Part shown: piece after piece, positions 37,070 through 46,878 of the stretch
Position numbering within the stretch: position 1 is the first letter of the stretch
How the letters are laid out: each line of letters begins with the position of its first letter
The notes under the pieces: generated by a model
The model's database searches: none
Seen by the model: the letters and a program-made list of their open reading frames with translations, nothing else
Told to the model about the DNA's origin: nothing
Source: a phage
DNA: 64,000 nucleotides
Direction: 5' to 3' (one strand)
Sequence record: OZ336094.1
Position numbers and translations under genes: made by a program

Positions 37070-37468
37070 TTACATTACTTTAACACAAAACTCTCGTAAA
37101 AGAGTAGCGTCAGTTTCTTCCAACAGGTATTTACCAAGACCAATACCAAATCCTATTTCACCACTTTCAAAATGGAGGATTTGTATCTTTTCTCCACCAA
37201 GGTTAATTACTTTTGCTTTTCCAGGATTATCCAAAACATCTCGTATTGTATCCTGTAGTAACATAAGTTCACGTTTTGTGATAGTGGTTTCAGATATCTC
37301 TTTGTTTTCTACTCTCACTGTTAAACGGTTGTATCCACCAAAGAGACATAGTATTTGAATAAAAAAGGTATTATCTTGAGGTTCAACATCTTTTTTAGTT
37401 AGCTCAAGACGATTAGTTTCTCTACTGTAGAACGTCTCGACTAAGATTTTAGAACGATTATCTGTCAT
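37070..37468 (-). CDS. Hypothetical protein
   Basis: 132-aa ORF with GAGGA RBS. Confidence 0.4.
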   Translation of the reverse strand: MTDNRSKILVETFYSRETNRLELTKKDVEPQDNTFFIQILCLFGGYNRLTVRVENKEISETTITKRELMLLQDTIRDVLDNPGKAKVINLGGEKIQILHFESGEIGFGIGLGKYLLEETDATLLREFCVKVM

Positions 37469-37511
37469 TCAAGTCCTCATAATAACACACAATTATAATG
37501 TTTGTCAACAC

Positions 37512-38105
37512 TTAAATTTTAAATTCTTCATTGTTAAATGAATCCAGTGTACGTACTTCTGGTTCTTTGGGAATGAAAACGTCTTTTACAAAGCGGAACA
37601 TGGGGAAACGTTCTGCCATTTTACGGACGTGTGCTTCTTTACCTGTGTATCGGTGATTAATAGTACAAATATTAGTTTTCAGTGCAAATTCAAAATCTGG
37701 ATGATATACATAATTTTGACCATCCCAGTAACACAAGCAAATAGCTACATCAAAGTTCCATACGATTTCACTGCGTACACCTTCTTCCATGATCATAAAG
37801 TTAAACTTAAGATCTTTATAGTATGCTTCAAATACCCATTTCAAATGTGGTAGTTCGGCATAAGTGTGTTCTGTTTGCTTAGTAAGTTGTTTAACATTAC
37901 GTGCACCAACACCCAACATCAAAAATTTCTCTACTAATACGAGTGTATTGTGGTTAGGCATACGCAAGTAAATGTCAATATCTTGCGCAGGTTTCTCTAA
38001 TCGCCAGTCACGTACAGCGCCGCCAGCTACAATTGCAAACGGATCTACCAGTTGGCACATACGTAATACTTCTAAAGCTCGTACTTTTTGATCTTCAATA
38101 TTCAT
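37512..38105 (-). CDS. Minimal pol-beta-superfamily nucleotidyltransferase (CCA-adding-enzyme head-like)
   Basis: Motif VAGGAVRDWRLEKPAQDIDIYL fits the GGxVRD...DxD signature of class II CCA/poly(A) polymerase head domains; only 197 aa. Confidence 0.5.
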   Translation of the reverse strand: MNIEDQKVRALEVLRMCQLVDPFAIVAGGAVRDWRLEKPAQDIDIYLRMPNHNTLVLVEKFLMLGVGARNVKQLTKQTEHTYAELPHLKWVFEAYYKDLKFNFMIMEEGVRSEIVWNFDVAICLCYWDGQNYVYHPDFEFALKTNICTINHRYTGKEAHVRKMAERFPMFRFVKDVFIPKEPEVRTLDSFNNEEFKI

Positions 38106-38242
38106 ATTTTCTCCTATCTCTTATGGTCTTTGCGTTATTCTAGATGTTCAAACATCTAATTATGAAATGGTTTAAAAGTGTGGAACAACCTTGGCAATAA
38201 TAGATTGTCCCACATAAAAACTCCTTTAAAATCAAAGAGATG

Positions 38243-40822
38243 TCAGTGACAACTAGCCCATGAGTTACCAACATCGTAACCAGCAGTGAGAGGTACATTA
38301 AGATTGTAATACTCACCAGCTTTATTAACAGCGATAGATGCTAATTCTCCAGCACGACTGTAGGCTGTAAACCAACCACCTTTCGGAGATTCATGTACGT
38401 TAGCCCAAATCTTGCCAGTACGTTTCTCTTCCTCTTCTTTCCAGGCATTAACTTTATCCAAACATTCTTTATCAATTTTCTTTTGTTCTTCTGGATCATC
38501 AACTTGAGTCCAACCTAAAGATTCTTTAGAGAACCATTTAAAATGCACCAGATCACGAGTTACTTCAAGCTGCGCTTCATCGTGATATGCAATCATTTGT
38601 TGAACGAATGACTTATTTTTCCAGTCATCAACAAAAAAGTCAACAGCTAATCCTTCTTCTTCGATAAGATCGTCGTAGATAACCATTGCTCTTTTTGCAC
38701 AAATAACACCACCACTCTGGAACAGAGAGTTAAGTATTGCGTGTGCAGATCGTGTAGGTACTTTTCTACCATCAATACCGAGAATGTATTTCTTACCTGT
38801 TTTAACCCAAAAATCATGCAGACGTTCTTTAAGAAGCGCAAGAGGTTTTGCAGCTTCCCAGAAAGCATCGTATACAAGCTGTCCTGTATACATATCACTA
38901 CCTATAGTTTTTGCTACTTTTGCAGCTTGAGCACCATAAGTAATACCATACTTAACAGATTTAGCAGGGCTTCGTTCAAACTTACGACCAATAGTGTCAG
39001 AAATACGTCGAGCCATCATTGTATGAACATCATTAGGTTTTTCCAATAATAGAGCATTACAATATTCGTGTGGTTCTTGCTCGTACCGCCAACAGTAGTG
39101 TGATTCTATTTTTGCCTCAAGAGAATCAAAGTCATAACCAATTTGGAAGTATTTTGGAACTTCTACACCAAATAAGTTACGCATTTCATATCCGTACAGA
39201 GATGTTACACGTGGGATATTTGCTACTAACCTATGTTTCATACGAGACGTAGCTGCATCACACGTTGCAGCAGGAGTTGGTATACGACCATCAGCCCTTA
39301 CTGCCGCCAGATAACCTTTATCGTAATCCTCTTCATCTTCTTCCCAATCAGCACCACCCCCTAGAATAGAGTTCCTACGGTGTTTATACGTAAGATACTG
39401 CACAATCTGCGTAGCATAAGGAAACTTTTCACCTAGTGCTTCCAAGTTAGGACAAATATCTTTCTCTTGCCCTTTTGTAAAGGAAGGGTTAGTAAGCACT
39501 TTAACACCACGACCTTTAGCTTTAGCAATACGATCTCTTAGTTTCCATTCCAAAGTTTCTGGTGTGCACTCTAGATGATCACATCTGTCCTGGCAGAAGT
39601 TAGATGCTAACGTTTGATCAACATAGTCACGAATAGCTTTCTCCATTTGTGCTTCATCTTTCTTAATCTTAGTGCCAGATTTAAGAGTGATATCTTTATC
39701 TTTGTATTCAGATGGACTCCAACCTAAACCAACTAACCAGTTTTTAATATGTGTAGTGTCGTCTAAAGTAGCAGGTACTGTAGGATCACAAATAGGTTCT
39801 TCTGCTGGAATAGGTAGTTTAAACTCCTTACCTAATGCAAATAGCCACCAACCATCTTCTTTTTGTACAAGTTCACCAGAATGTTTCTCTGCAAACTTTA
39901 TCATGTTACTTGAAGGTTCACCATTCTTTTTAAACTGTAGTTTAGGTGGAATGAATGATTTCAAATAACCTTTGGTAGCAGGTTTAGGAGGTAGCACAGG
40001 TTCTGCCTCTAAACGACATGCTTCCATTCGAGCATCCAGATCACGAATATTATCTTCTGCTTGTTTCATATTGAAAGCAAAGCCACGGTGCTCTTGACGT
40101 GTAATAATATCAGCTACACGTTGTTCTAAGTTAAATGGTTCAGACCACTTATTATAATCACCCCACTCTTCCATCAAATAACGGAACACTGCGGTGTTAG
40201 CTTTGTTATCGTAAATACAGTAATACAGCATATCTGCTGCAAATGTTTTAAATCTTTCAGTTTCAGGAATGTTTTTTCTAAAATCAATTTTAACATCCCC
40301 TCCAGCTTTCTTAGATAACTCTGCCAGACTATGACCACCGAAGCGATCAGGGTTTAGTGTCTTACTTAAGATCATAGTATCACAAATTTCAATGTTACTA
40401 TCACCCCAAGTATTGTACTTAACACTGTAGTTGAGTTTAAAAAATAATTTAATTGCCAGTAAGTCGAAGTTAATGATGTTGTGTCCAACTACTTTGGTAA
40501 TTTTATAGTTTGAATTACCTTTAAATTTACCTGTTCCATTTACAAAATCAGGAAAATCTTTAAGAGGGAAATGGGTATATTCTAAATGCTCATATTCCTC
40601 CAGTCGGTATTCATACTTTCCGTCAGTCTCAACATACGGACGACCATCGAAAAGATATTTATCACCATCATGGAAAGCAATAATCTCTCCAGTATCATGA
40701 CTTTCGCACACAATACAGTGCATTGCAAAACTATCTTTTAAACGATATGGACTTGCCAAGTAATCTACACTTTCGTCATTAAGCAAGTTGTTACTTTCAA
40801 TGTCGAAAGTAAAAGCTCCCAT
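38243..40822 (-). CDS. DNA polymerase, family A, with N-terminal 3'-5' exonuclease
   Basis: 859 aa; N-terminal FDIESNN Exo I-type motif; overall PolA-like polymerase motifs. Confidence 0.8.
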   Translation of the reverse strand: MGAFTFDIESNNLLNDESVDYLASPYRLKDSFAMHCIVCESHDTGEIIAFHDGDKYLFDGRPYVETDGKYEYRLEEYEHLEYTHFPLKDFPDFVNGTGKFKGNSNYKITKVVGHNIINFDLLAIKLFFKLNYSVKYNTWGDSNIEICDTMILSKTLNPDRFGGHSLAELSKKAGGDVKIDFRKNIPETERFKTFAADMLYYCIYDNKANTAVFRYLMEEWGDYNKWSEPFNLEQRVADIITRQEHRGFAFNMKQAEDNIRDLDARMEACRLEAEPVLPPKPATKGYLKSFIPPKLQFKKNGEPSSNMIKFAEKHSGELVQKEDGWWLFALGKEFKLPIPAEEPICDPTVPATLDDTTHIKNWLVGLGWSPSEYKDKDITLKSGTKIKKDEAQMEKAIRDYVDQTLASNFCQDRCDHLECTPETLEWKLRDRIAKAKGRGVKVLTNPSFTKGQEKDICPNLEALGEKFPYATQIVQYLTYKHRRNSILGGGADWEEDEEDYDKGYLAAVRADGRIPTPAATCDAATSRMKHRLVANIPRVTSLYGYEMRNLFGVEVPKYFQIGYDFDSLEAKIESHYCWRYEQEPHEYCNALLLEKPNDVHTMMARRISDTIGRKFERSPAKSVKYGITYGAQAAKVAKTIGSDMYTGQLVYDAFWEAAKPLALLKERLHDFWVKTGKKYILGIDGRKVPTRSAHAILNSLFQSGGVICAKRAMVIYDDLIEEEGLAVDFFVDDWKNKSFVQQMIAYHDEAQLEVTRDLVHFKWFSKESLGWTQVDDPEEQKKIDKECLDKVNAWKEEEEKRTGKIWANVHESPKGGWFTAYSRAGELASIAVNKAGEYYNLNVPLTAGYDVGNSWASCH

Positions 40823-40890
40823 TCTCCCTCCTTAAAATATTTCTAAAGTCTTAATTTGTTAATACTGTACCACAAATTAATTGTTTTGTA

Positions 40891-40908
40891 AAGGGGCTTT
40901 CGCCCCTT
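40891..40908. terminator. Terminator hairpin
   Basis: aaggggc-tttc-gcccctt; reverse complement of the 30035 hairpin, reading as a GAAA tetraloop on the minus transcript. Confidence 0.4.
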
Positions 40909-40912
40909 CTTG

Positions 40913-41308
40913 TTATTTATTGTCAGCACTTAGTTGTACTTTAATAAGGCAATTAGGGACACCATTGGTATTTCTCAAGCCTACACGTTCAATTTTAACA
41001 GTGCCTGTCAAACCATTAAAAGTGGAAACAATGTTATTAATGTTTTCATCCTTACTAGTGATATCAAGAATAACTTTATCACTGACATTTTTCAACATAC
41101 GATCTACAAGCTCTCCCACAAAACCACTGGTAGTTTGAATGAGAAGGTATAGACAACCATCCTCAAACCACAAATGTTCACCATAAGCATAACCGTATGG
41201 TTCTAATTCTGATCCGTCTTGAAATTTAAACTTAGCAATAGTTTTCGTATAATCATACGCTAAAGCAGAAGGGCATACCCCATAGAGGATGTTTTCGTTG
41301 TCTTTCAT
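40913..41308 (-). CDS. Hypothetical protein
   Basis: Probable start at the MKDNEN Met (AAGGAG RBS); the ORF track's longer version overlaps the helicase gene. Confidence 0.4.
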   Translation of the reverse strand: MKDNENILYGVCPSALAYDYTKTIAKFKFQDGSELEPYGYAYGEHLWFEDGCLYLLIQTTSGFVGELVDRMLKNVSDKVILDITSKDENINNIVSTFNGLTGTVKIERVGLRNTNGVPNCLIKVQLSADNK

Positions 41309-41318
41309 ATTTTTCTCC

Positions 41319-43091
41319 TTAATAAGAACCAGCAGAAATATTTTCTGGGTTACTTGTGTATTGATCGTAATCGTGAAGTGTAGCTGTTTTAATCTCATAG
41401 AAGAAACTACCTGCTGCACCAGTCTCTGAGAACTCACGGTTCTTTAGAATGTAGCAATATGTGCGGTTACGTTCCATAGGATCTTCAGCTTGTTTATCCC
41501 GCTCCAGCGCAATTGTAATACCAGCACCTTTAGCAAGGAAGCTACTACCCATTGCATCATCTTCTACAATATGTTCATTACTATTGTTAGAAGACTTTTT
41601 AACGTGTGAAATTACAACAATGGTTATTGCGTACTCTTTCATAATGCGTTTCAGCCACGTCGCAAGTTCCTCTTGTTGTGACACGTCCATACCAGAAAGC
41701 AAGTCAGAATAAGGGTCGATAACAAGAATGGTTACTCCGAAATAAATAATCATTTCCAGAACCTTCTCTTTAATCACATCTACGTTAGCTCCACGATCAT
41801 CACAAACATAGAAACGTGGTGTTCCATCTTCCCGTTCGTAAAAATCACGAATCTTTTCTTCATTATCTTTTAAAATCTTTTCCTTCTCTTCTTTCGTTTT
41901 ACGGTGAAGAGGGATATGCAAGAATGAAGACAGTAAGTTACGAGAATACTTCTTATACGTTGCCTCCAAAGATAAAATACCAAGAGTATGTTCTGGGTGT
42001 GCAAGAATAATGTGTTTCGTAATCTCGTTAACCAACAGTGTCTTACCGATACTTGTTTTTGCAAGTATAACAGTAATTTCTTCTTCTACCAAGCCTCCAC
42101 CTAACATATTCGAAGCAACACGCATGAATGGAGGAAGGGTGATCATTTTAGCTTCCAGGCATTCCAAGGCTGCTTCATACAGTACGTTAGAAGCGTAAAC
42201 ACCAGCAGGTGTGTACAGTTTAGCTTTGAAAAAGCGATCAATAAAATGATCAATTTTTCCTTCTACTAGTGCCTGGTTAGGATCTTTAACATCCGTTAGT
42301 TCCATCACGTAAACTTTATTACGTGGTAAGATTTTAACACATTTCTCAACTGCTGCACGTCCAGCTTCATCATTATCCATACATAGAACAATCTTTTTAA
42401 ATTGATCTAAGAATTTATAACGATGTTGAAGCTGCTTATGCAGAGATGTTTCGCCACAAGTACCAGATACTACAGCAGGAACAGGATATTTACCACCCTT
42501 GTTATAATCTTTTAGCATCTGTGTTGCAGCCAGCATATCATGTTCACCACCAACGATTAGAATAGTACCGCTGTGGTTACGATATTTAAACTCACCAAAA
42601 AGATCACAATCCTTTCCTGTTTCACCGATAGGATGTGAGAAATCTTTTGGATCGATACGTTGTTTATACCCAGCAATATTGTAATCTTTAGTTGTAGGGT
42701 ATAGTGTTGAAATTACTTCGCCAGTAGCTTCATCGTACATATAGCGTACACCGAAAGGCTTAGAGATATCTTCACGAATACCGCGATAACCTTTTGGATT
42801 AGTTCCAGTGCTGGCTTTTAGTTTATCATGTACTTCTGGATTAAACTCACTACCCAAGATATCCTCCTCTTCAATTTCTTCGCCGTGTGCATTTAACCAT
42901 TTTTGATCAGGGATAGTAAAGCCACAAGAAAAACAATGTGCGCCTCGATGATCTTCATCGGCATCTAAGCCATATACCATCAAATTGTTTTGTGATCGAT
43001 CACGCCCTCCTTTCATACAACGAGGACACCCAGTATGTCCTTCTTGACTTAAATCAATGTTATACCCATATTTATTTACAACATAAGACAC
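41319..43091 (-). CDS. Primase-helicase (T7 gp4-like)
   Basis: N-terminal zinc ribbon (CPRC...CFSC), central primase-like region, C-terminal RecA/DnaB-like helicase region. Confidence 0.7.
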   Translation of the reverse strand: MSYVVNKYGYNIDLSQEGHTGCPRCMKGGRDRSQNNLMVYGLDADEDHRGAHCFSCGFTIPDQKWLNAHGEEIEEEDILGSEFNPEVHDKLKASTGTNPKGYRGIREDISKPFGVRYMYDEATGEVISTLYPTTKDYNIAGYKQRIDPKDFSHPIGETGKDCDLFGEFKYRNHSGTILIVGGEHDMLAATQMLKDYNKGGKYPVPAVVSGTCGETSLHKQLQHRYKFLDQFKKIVLCMDNDEAGRAAVEKCVKILPRNKVYVMELTDVKDPNQALVEGKIDHFIDRFFKAKLYTPAGVYASNVLYEAALECLEAKMITLPPFMRVASNMLGGGLVEEEITVILAKTSIGKTLLVNEITKHIILAHPEHTLGILSLEATYKKYSRNLLSSFLHIPLHRKTKEEKEKILKDNEEKIRDFYEREDGTPRFYVCDDRGANVDVIKEKVLEMIIYFGVTILVIDPYSDLLSGMDVSQQEELATWLKRIMKEYAITIVVISHVKKSSNNSNEHIVEDDAMGSSFLAKGAGITIALERDKQAEDPMERNRTYCYILKNREFSETGAAGSFFYEIKTATLHDYDQYTSNPENISAGSY

Positions 43092-43103
43092 ATGATTCTC
43101 CTA

Positions 43104-43373
43104 CTAAAATGATTCGTTTGTCTCCATAATATATTGCATTTCCAAATCTTCCATATGTTTCTTAAATTGGTAAACAATTTCCGATGGGGAAATATCTATA
43201 TCAAAAAGTTCTTTTGTACCAGAATAAAATCTAATACCATCAACAATAAGACCACCATAATAATCCCAATCACTTTCTCGTGAGAAAGGATTAGGTTCTT
43301 CATAATAGTAATCTACTTCAACAATAATAGGTTCTTTATTATCTTGTTTATACTCAAAATCAAAAGTGTTCAT
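43104..43373 (-). CDS. Hypothetical protein
   Basis: 89-aa acidic ORF. Confidence 0.35.
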   Translation of the reverse strand: MNTFDFEYKQDNKEPIIVEVDYYYEEPNPFSRESDWDYYGGLIVDGIRFYSGTKELFDIDISPSEIVYQFKKHMEDLEMQYIMETNESF

Positions 43374-44317
43374 TATAAATCCTCGATAAGCAGTCTGCGG
43401 GTTTCATTTAAATCATCAATATTGTAGTTATCTCTTACATACTTAGCAAGAGCCAATCCTTTCTCAATACAAACATCAGGAGATTCGATTAAGTATTCTA
43501 CAATATCTTTCCACTCTTTAACTGAATCAGCAAAGAAGATTAGATCTTTAAATTCTTCAGTATAATAGTTCTCTCGTGGAGAACAGACGAGTGGCAAACC
43601 TTTAGCACCAGCTTCAAGAATTTTTAAATTACTTTTGGCATTATTAAAATGATTATTTACTAATGGAGCTATGGAGATTTGATGACCATCGTATGCTTCC
43701 ATATAACACTCATAAGGACGAATACCTTCATAAACACAATCTGGTTGAATATCTTCTTTAATTTGCAACCATTGAGCACTACTTAACTCTTCGTGATCTC
43801 TACGAAATCCACATAAAGTTAAATCTTTACCAAAACCAGGAAGAATTGCTAAATCATGTTTATGTGTTTCACTTCCCGCCCAAACCAGTGGACTTTTAGA
43901 ATAACGGTCTTTCGTAAGAACAAACTGTCCTTCATCAAAAGGTAGTCCGTTAGGCACAATATGTACATTATCATTGTATTGGCTTAATTCAACCTTTAAT
44001 GCCGGAGTTGTTGTAGTTACAAGATCGCTTCTTTCAAGGAACCATTTTAGGTCATCTCGGATTTGATTTTCAAATAATCCTTCAAGCATATGCCCTTCAG
44101 GAATAATTAAAGAATCATCCAGATCCATTACCAATTTAAACCCAAGTTGTTTAAGAGCCAGGAAACCTGGCTTTCCACGTGTTGGTACTCCATTGAACAC
44201 AAAAATATTATGCTTAGGATTAATGGTCAGTTTGCGTTTATATGGCAAAATGATTCTATGAAAATCACATACACTATACTTTTCATTTCCGCGTGTGTCA
44301 AGAATAATATTAGGCAT
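43373..44317 (-). CDS. Glycosyltransferase, GT-B fold (paralog 1)
   Basis: C-terminal nucleotide-sugar-binding-like motif NAKSNLKILEAGAKGLPLVCSP; clear paralog of the adjacent gene (shared PYDEGQFTLTKDRYS, IAPLV-N-FNN-KSNLKILEAGAKGLP). Confidence 0.5.
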   Translation of the reverse strand: MPNIILDTRGNEKYSVCDFHRIILPYKRKLTINPKHNIFVFNGVPTRGKPGFLALKQLGFKLVMDLDDSLIIPEGHMLEGLFENQIRDDLKWFLERSDLVTTTTPALKVELSQYNDNVHIVPNGLPFDEGQFVLTKDRYSKSPLVWAGSETHKHDLAILPGFGKDLTLCGFRRDHEELSSAQWLQIKEDIQPDCVYEGIRPYECYMEAYDGHQISIAPLVNNHFNNAKSNLKILEAGAKGLPLVCSPRENYYTEEFKDLIFFADSVKEWKDIVEYLIESPDVCIEKGLALAKYVRDNYNIDDLNETRRLLIEDL

Positions 44318-44328
44318 ATAGCTCCTTA

Positions 44329-45342
44329 TTAAAGACTTTCAATAACTTGACGACGCAGTTCATTGGCATCTGCAAGATTATAATTAAGACGAACGTGTTC
44401 TGCAAGCATCATACCACGATCTTCTGTGTATCTAGGGTTCCTCATTAGCTTGACAACTTCATAATGCCAAGATGCTTTAGAGTCTGCATAGATAACAGCC
44501 TTTGCATCTACCGGATTGAAGTACGGCAGCACAGGAGAACAGATAATAGGAAGACCCTTTGCACCTGCTTCCAAAATCTTCAAATTGCTTTTACAGTTGT
44601 TGAAGTCATTATCTACCAGAGGAGCAATTGCAATACTGTGACCGTCATACACAGACATATACTCACCTAAATTTTTAATAGCTGGTTTATACTGTGCATT
44701 TGGAATTTTACGTTTTATTTTAACCCACTCCGCAGTAGTTAGATACTGACTGTTATTTCCAACAGGTGCAGAAGGATACACTTCATACCCTGCAATTGTC
44801 AATAGTGTATCATCAAATGTATTAGCTACAAGAGATAAATCAGGTTCATGGCTTGCTCCTCCAGCCCAAACAATAGGTGTGTCAGAATAACGGTCTTTTG
44901 TTAAAGTAAATTGACCTTCGTCGTAAGGCAGTGCGTTTCTAATAACGACAACATTACGATTTAAATGACGAATTTTGTAAGCTAGGTATTCTGTTGTTAC
45001 TGTAACAACATCTGCTAACTTAACCATCTCTACAATAGTTTTTGAGTGATTAGTAAATACGCCAGCCATATAATGTTCAGGATTAAGCGAATAAAAATCA
45101 TCTAAATCAACAATAATCTTAACACCTTGTGCCTTCAGGCGTTTAACTTCGTCTGATCCACGAGAATACACTCTATTAAAAACTAAAACGTCTTTCTTAG
45201 GCTTAAACGTATTTCCCGCAAATGGCATTACAATACGATGGTAATCACAACCACTGCCTAACTTATTATCACACTTAAGTACAGGAGTATTAGGATTTAC
45301 CATATTTTTGAGCCTCCTCATAAGAGATAAAAGTTTTACCAT
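44329..45342 (-). CDS. Glycosyltransferase, GT-B fold (paralog 2)
   Basis: Paralog of 43373..44317 with the same conserved blocks. Confidence 0.5.
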   Translation of the reverse strand: MVKLLSLMRRLKNMVNPNTPVLKCDNKLGSGCDYHRIVMPFAGNTFKPKKDVLVFNRVYSRGSDEVKRLKAQGVKIIVDLDDFYSLNPEHYMAGVFTNHSKTIVEMVKLADVVTVTTEYLAYKIRHLNRNVVVIRNALPYDEGQFTLTKDRYSDTPIVWAGGASHEPDLSLVANTFDDTLLTIAGYEVYPSAPVGNNSQYLTTAEWVKIKRKIPNAQYKPAIKNLGEYMSVYDGHSIAIAPLVDNDFNNCKSNLKILEAGAKGLPIICSPVLPYFNPVDAKAVIYADSKASWHYEVVKLMRNPRYTEDRGMMLAEHVRLNYNLADANELRRQVIESL

Positions 45343-46053
45343 TGCGAAGATCCTCCAGTGATTGTTTATATTGTTCCCAGTTTACACCAATCCCCTGTTC
45401 TTTCTCTTCTTTTGACAGATTCGCAAAAGGTAAAGGATTATCTCCAAACACATCGTCAGGATGGATAAACGCCATAATTCGAATAGGACATGGTACACCG
45501 AGAATGCCTCGGTTCAAACCTGCCAGTGGAACGCGCTGAATCCACTCTGCATCTTCATATCCATAACCGTGGGTGTATGAGCGGAAATAGCCAGCTTTCT
45601 CAATAACTGCACGGGAATACATACCAAACTGGCACATACCTAGTTCCCAAATAACCACCTCCCCTTCAATACCTTTTACTTTATCTTTAAAGTATTCAGG
45701 CATACCAAAGAAATCCCAACCATTTTCCTTTGCCTCTCCCCTTCAATACCTTTTACTTTATCTTTAAAGTATTCAGGCATACCAAAGAAATCCCAACCAT
45801 TTTCCTTTGCCTGTTTTACAAAATATGTTTCCCACCCTGGAACAACAGGATAGCAATCATCATCAAAAATAAACCAGTAGTCATACCCTTCATCATAAAA
45901 CTTTTTCATCAGTTCATTACGGGCATATGCAACACCTTTTCGTTCACGATCATACTGTACAACAAAAGTAGCATTAGGATCAGTCACAAGATAATCTTTA
46001 AGAGGACGCTTACCTACAGTAATAACACCAACACCAATTTTTGTATTTTCCAA
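45290..46053 (-). pseudogene. GT-A (DxD) glycosyltransferase-like gene split by a 77-bp tandem duplication
   Basis: Upstream ORF (MENTK...FIFDDDCYP...GMPEYFKDKVKGIEGE) runs into a shifted frame and stops; the downstream ORF restarts with the same peptide MPEYFKDKVKGIEGE...; deleting one copy gives a continuous 229-codon frame. Confidence 0.55.
45659..45812. repeat. Perfect 77-bp tandem direct duplication (2 copies)
   Basis: 45659-45735 and 45736-45812 are identical base for base; 77 is not a multiple of 3. Confidence 0.9.
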
Positions 46054-46062
46054 AATAACTCC

Positions 46063-46626
46063 TTAAATAATTTTATTCATGTCTTGACAATGTAAAAGGT
46101 GTGAAACAGCTTTTCTAGGATCATCATTACCTAAACGGTATGTGTGAAATAAATATAACCCACGTAGTAAACCTAGCCTTTTATTGTTAGCGTGCAATGC
46201 TTTAGAGAAAATTATATCAAACTGTATTGATCTTTCCTCAAAAGGGATTTCATTCCACAGACTCTTACGAAAGAGAAGAAAGAATCCTGCTAAGATAGCA
46301 TCTGTAGGTACTTCCTCTATTGAGTTTCCCCATTCTAGATGTGCTCTTTTTGCAATCTCAATGTGGTGTAATATATTCGGATCTTCACTTCTTTCATTAT
46401 TAAATAATTGATATGTTGATCCCAATCTGTTACAAGATGCACCAAGAACATCAAAATCAGGATTTGAACGGACAATTGATTCCAGCCAAGCAGGTTGTTC
46501 TGGAAGAAGAAACATTGTATCAATGTCTCTTAGGCAAATCCAACTATCTTCTGGTAAGACACTTATTGTGTCATTGATACCTTTTCCAATATCTCCAGAA
46601 AGATAGGGAGTTATGTGAAATATCAT
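46063..46626 (-). CDS. Hypothetical protein, possibly glycosyltransferase-related
   Basis: 187-aa ORF co-linear with the glycosyltransferase genes; LRDIDTMF may be a DxD-like motif (weak). Confidence 0.3.
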   Translation of the reverse strand: MIFHITPYLSGDIGKGINDTISVLPEDSWICLRDIDTMFLLPEQPAWLESIVRSNPDFDVLGASCNRLGSTYQLFNNERSEDPNILHHIEIAKRAHLEWGNSIEEVPTDAILAGFFLLFRKSLWNEIPFEERSIQFDIIFSKALHANNKRLGLLRGLYLFHTYRLGNDDPRKAVSHLLHCQDMNKII

Positions 46627-46683
46627 ACTCCCTCCGTATTATTACTTTAGCATTTTTAGACTAAAAAGTCCAAATGGTTTTAC

Positions 46684-46878
46684 CTATTGATTACGTTTTG
46701 CGAGTTCCATTTGGATAGCTAAACTGTGATCTCGTGCTTCCATATACTCTTTATATGTTTCATTAAGATGATCACGACAAACATCACGCAGTTTAATCAG
46801 TTTATCTGTAGGGATACCACTAAGATCATCCCAAGATTTTACAACTTCACCAGTATCATTGATCCCAATGGTTTTCAT
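46684..46878 (-). CDS. Hypothetical small protein
   Basis: 64-aa ORF in the minus-strand array. Confidence 0.3.
   Translation of the reverse strand: MKTIGINDTGEVVKSWDDLSGIPTDKLIKLRDVCRDHLNETYKEYMEARDHSLAIQMELAKRNQ

Noticed and set aside
37479-37508. Minus-strand TTGACA-N18-TATTAT promoter candidate upstream of 37070..37468
   Set aside because: The predicted start site would fall within or downstream of the gene's own RBS, so it is unlikely to drive this gene.
41319-43091. Inteins in the primase-helicase, DNA polymerase or NrdD
   Set aside because: Their lengths (590, 859 and 599 aa) are typical for intein-free homologs, and no Cys/Ser...Asn-bounded insert splitting a conserved motif was seen, unlike in the terminase.
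46083-46110. Plus-strand TTGACA motif at about 46083
   Set aside because: It lies inside a minus-strand coding region with no plus-strand gene downstream; probably a chance match in AT-rich DNA.
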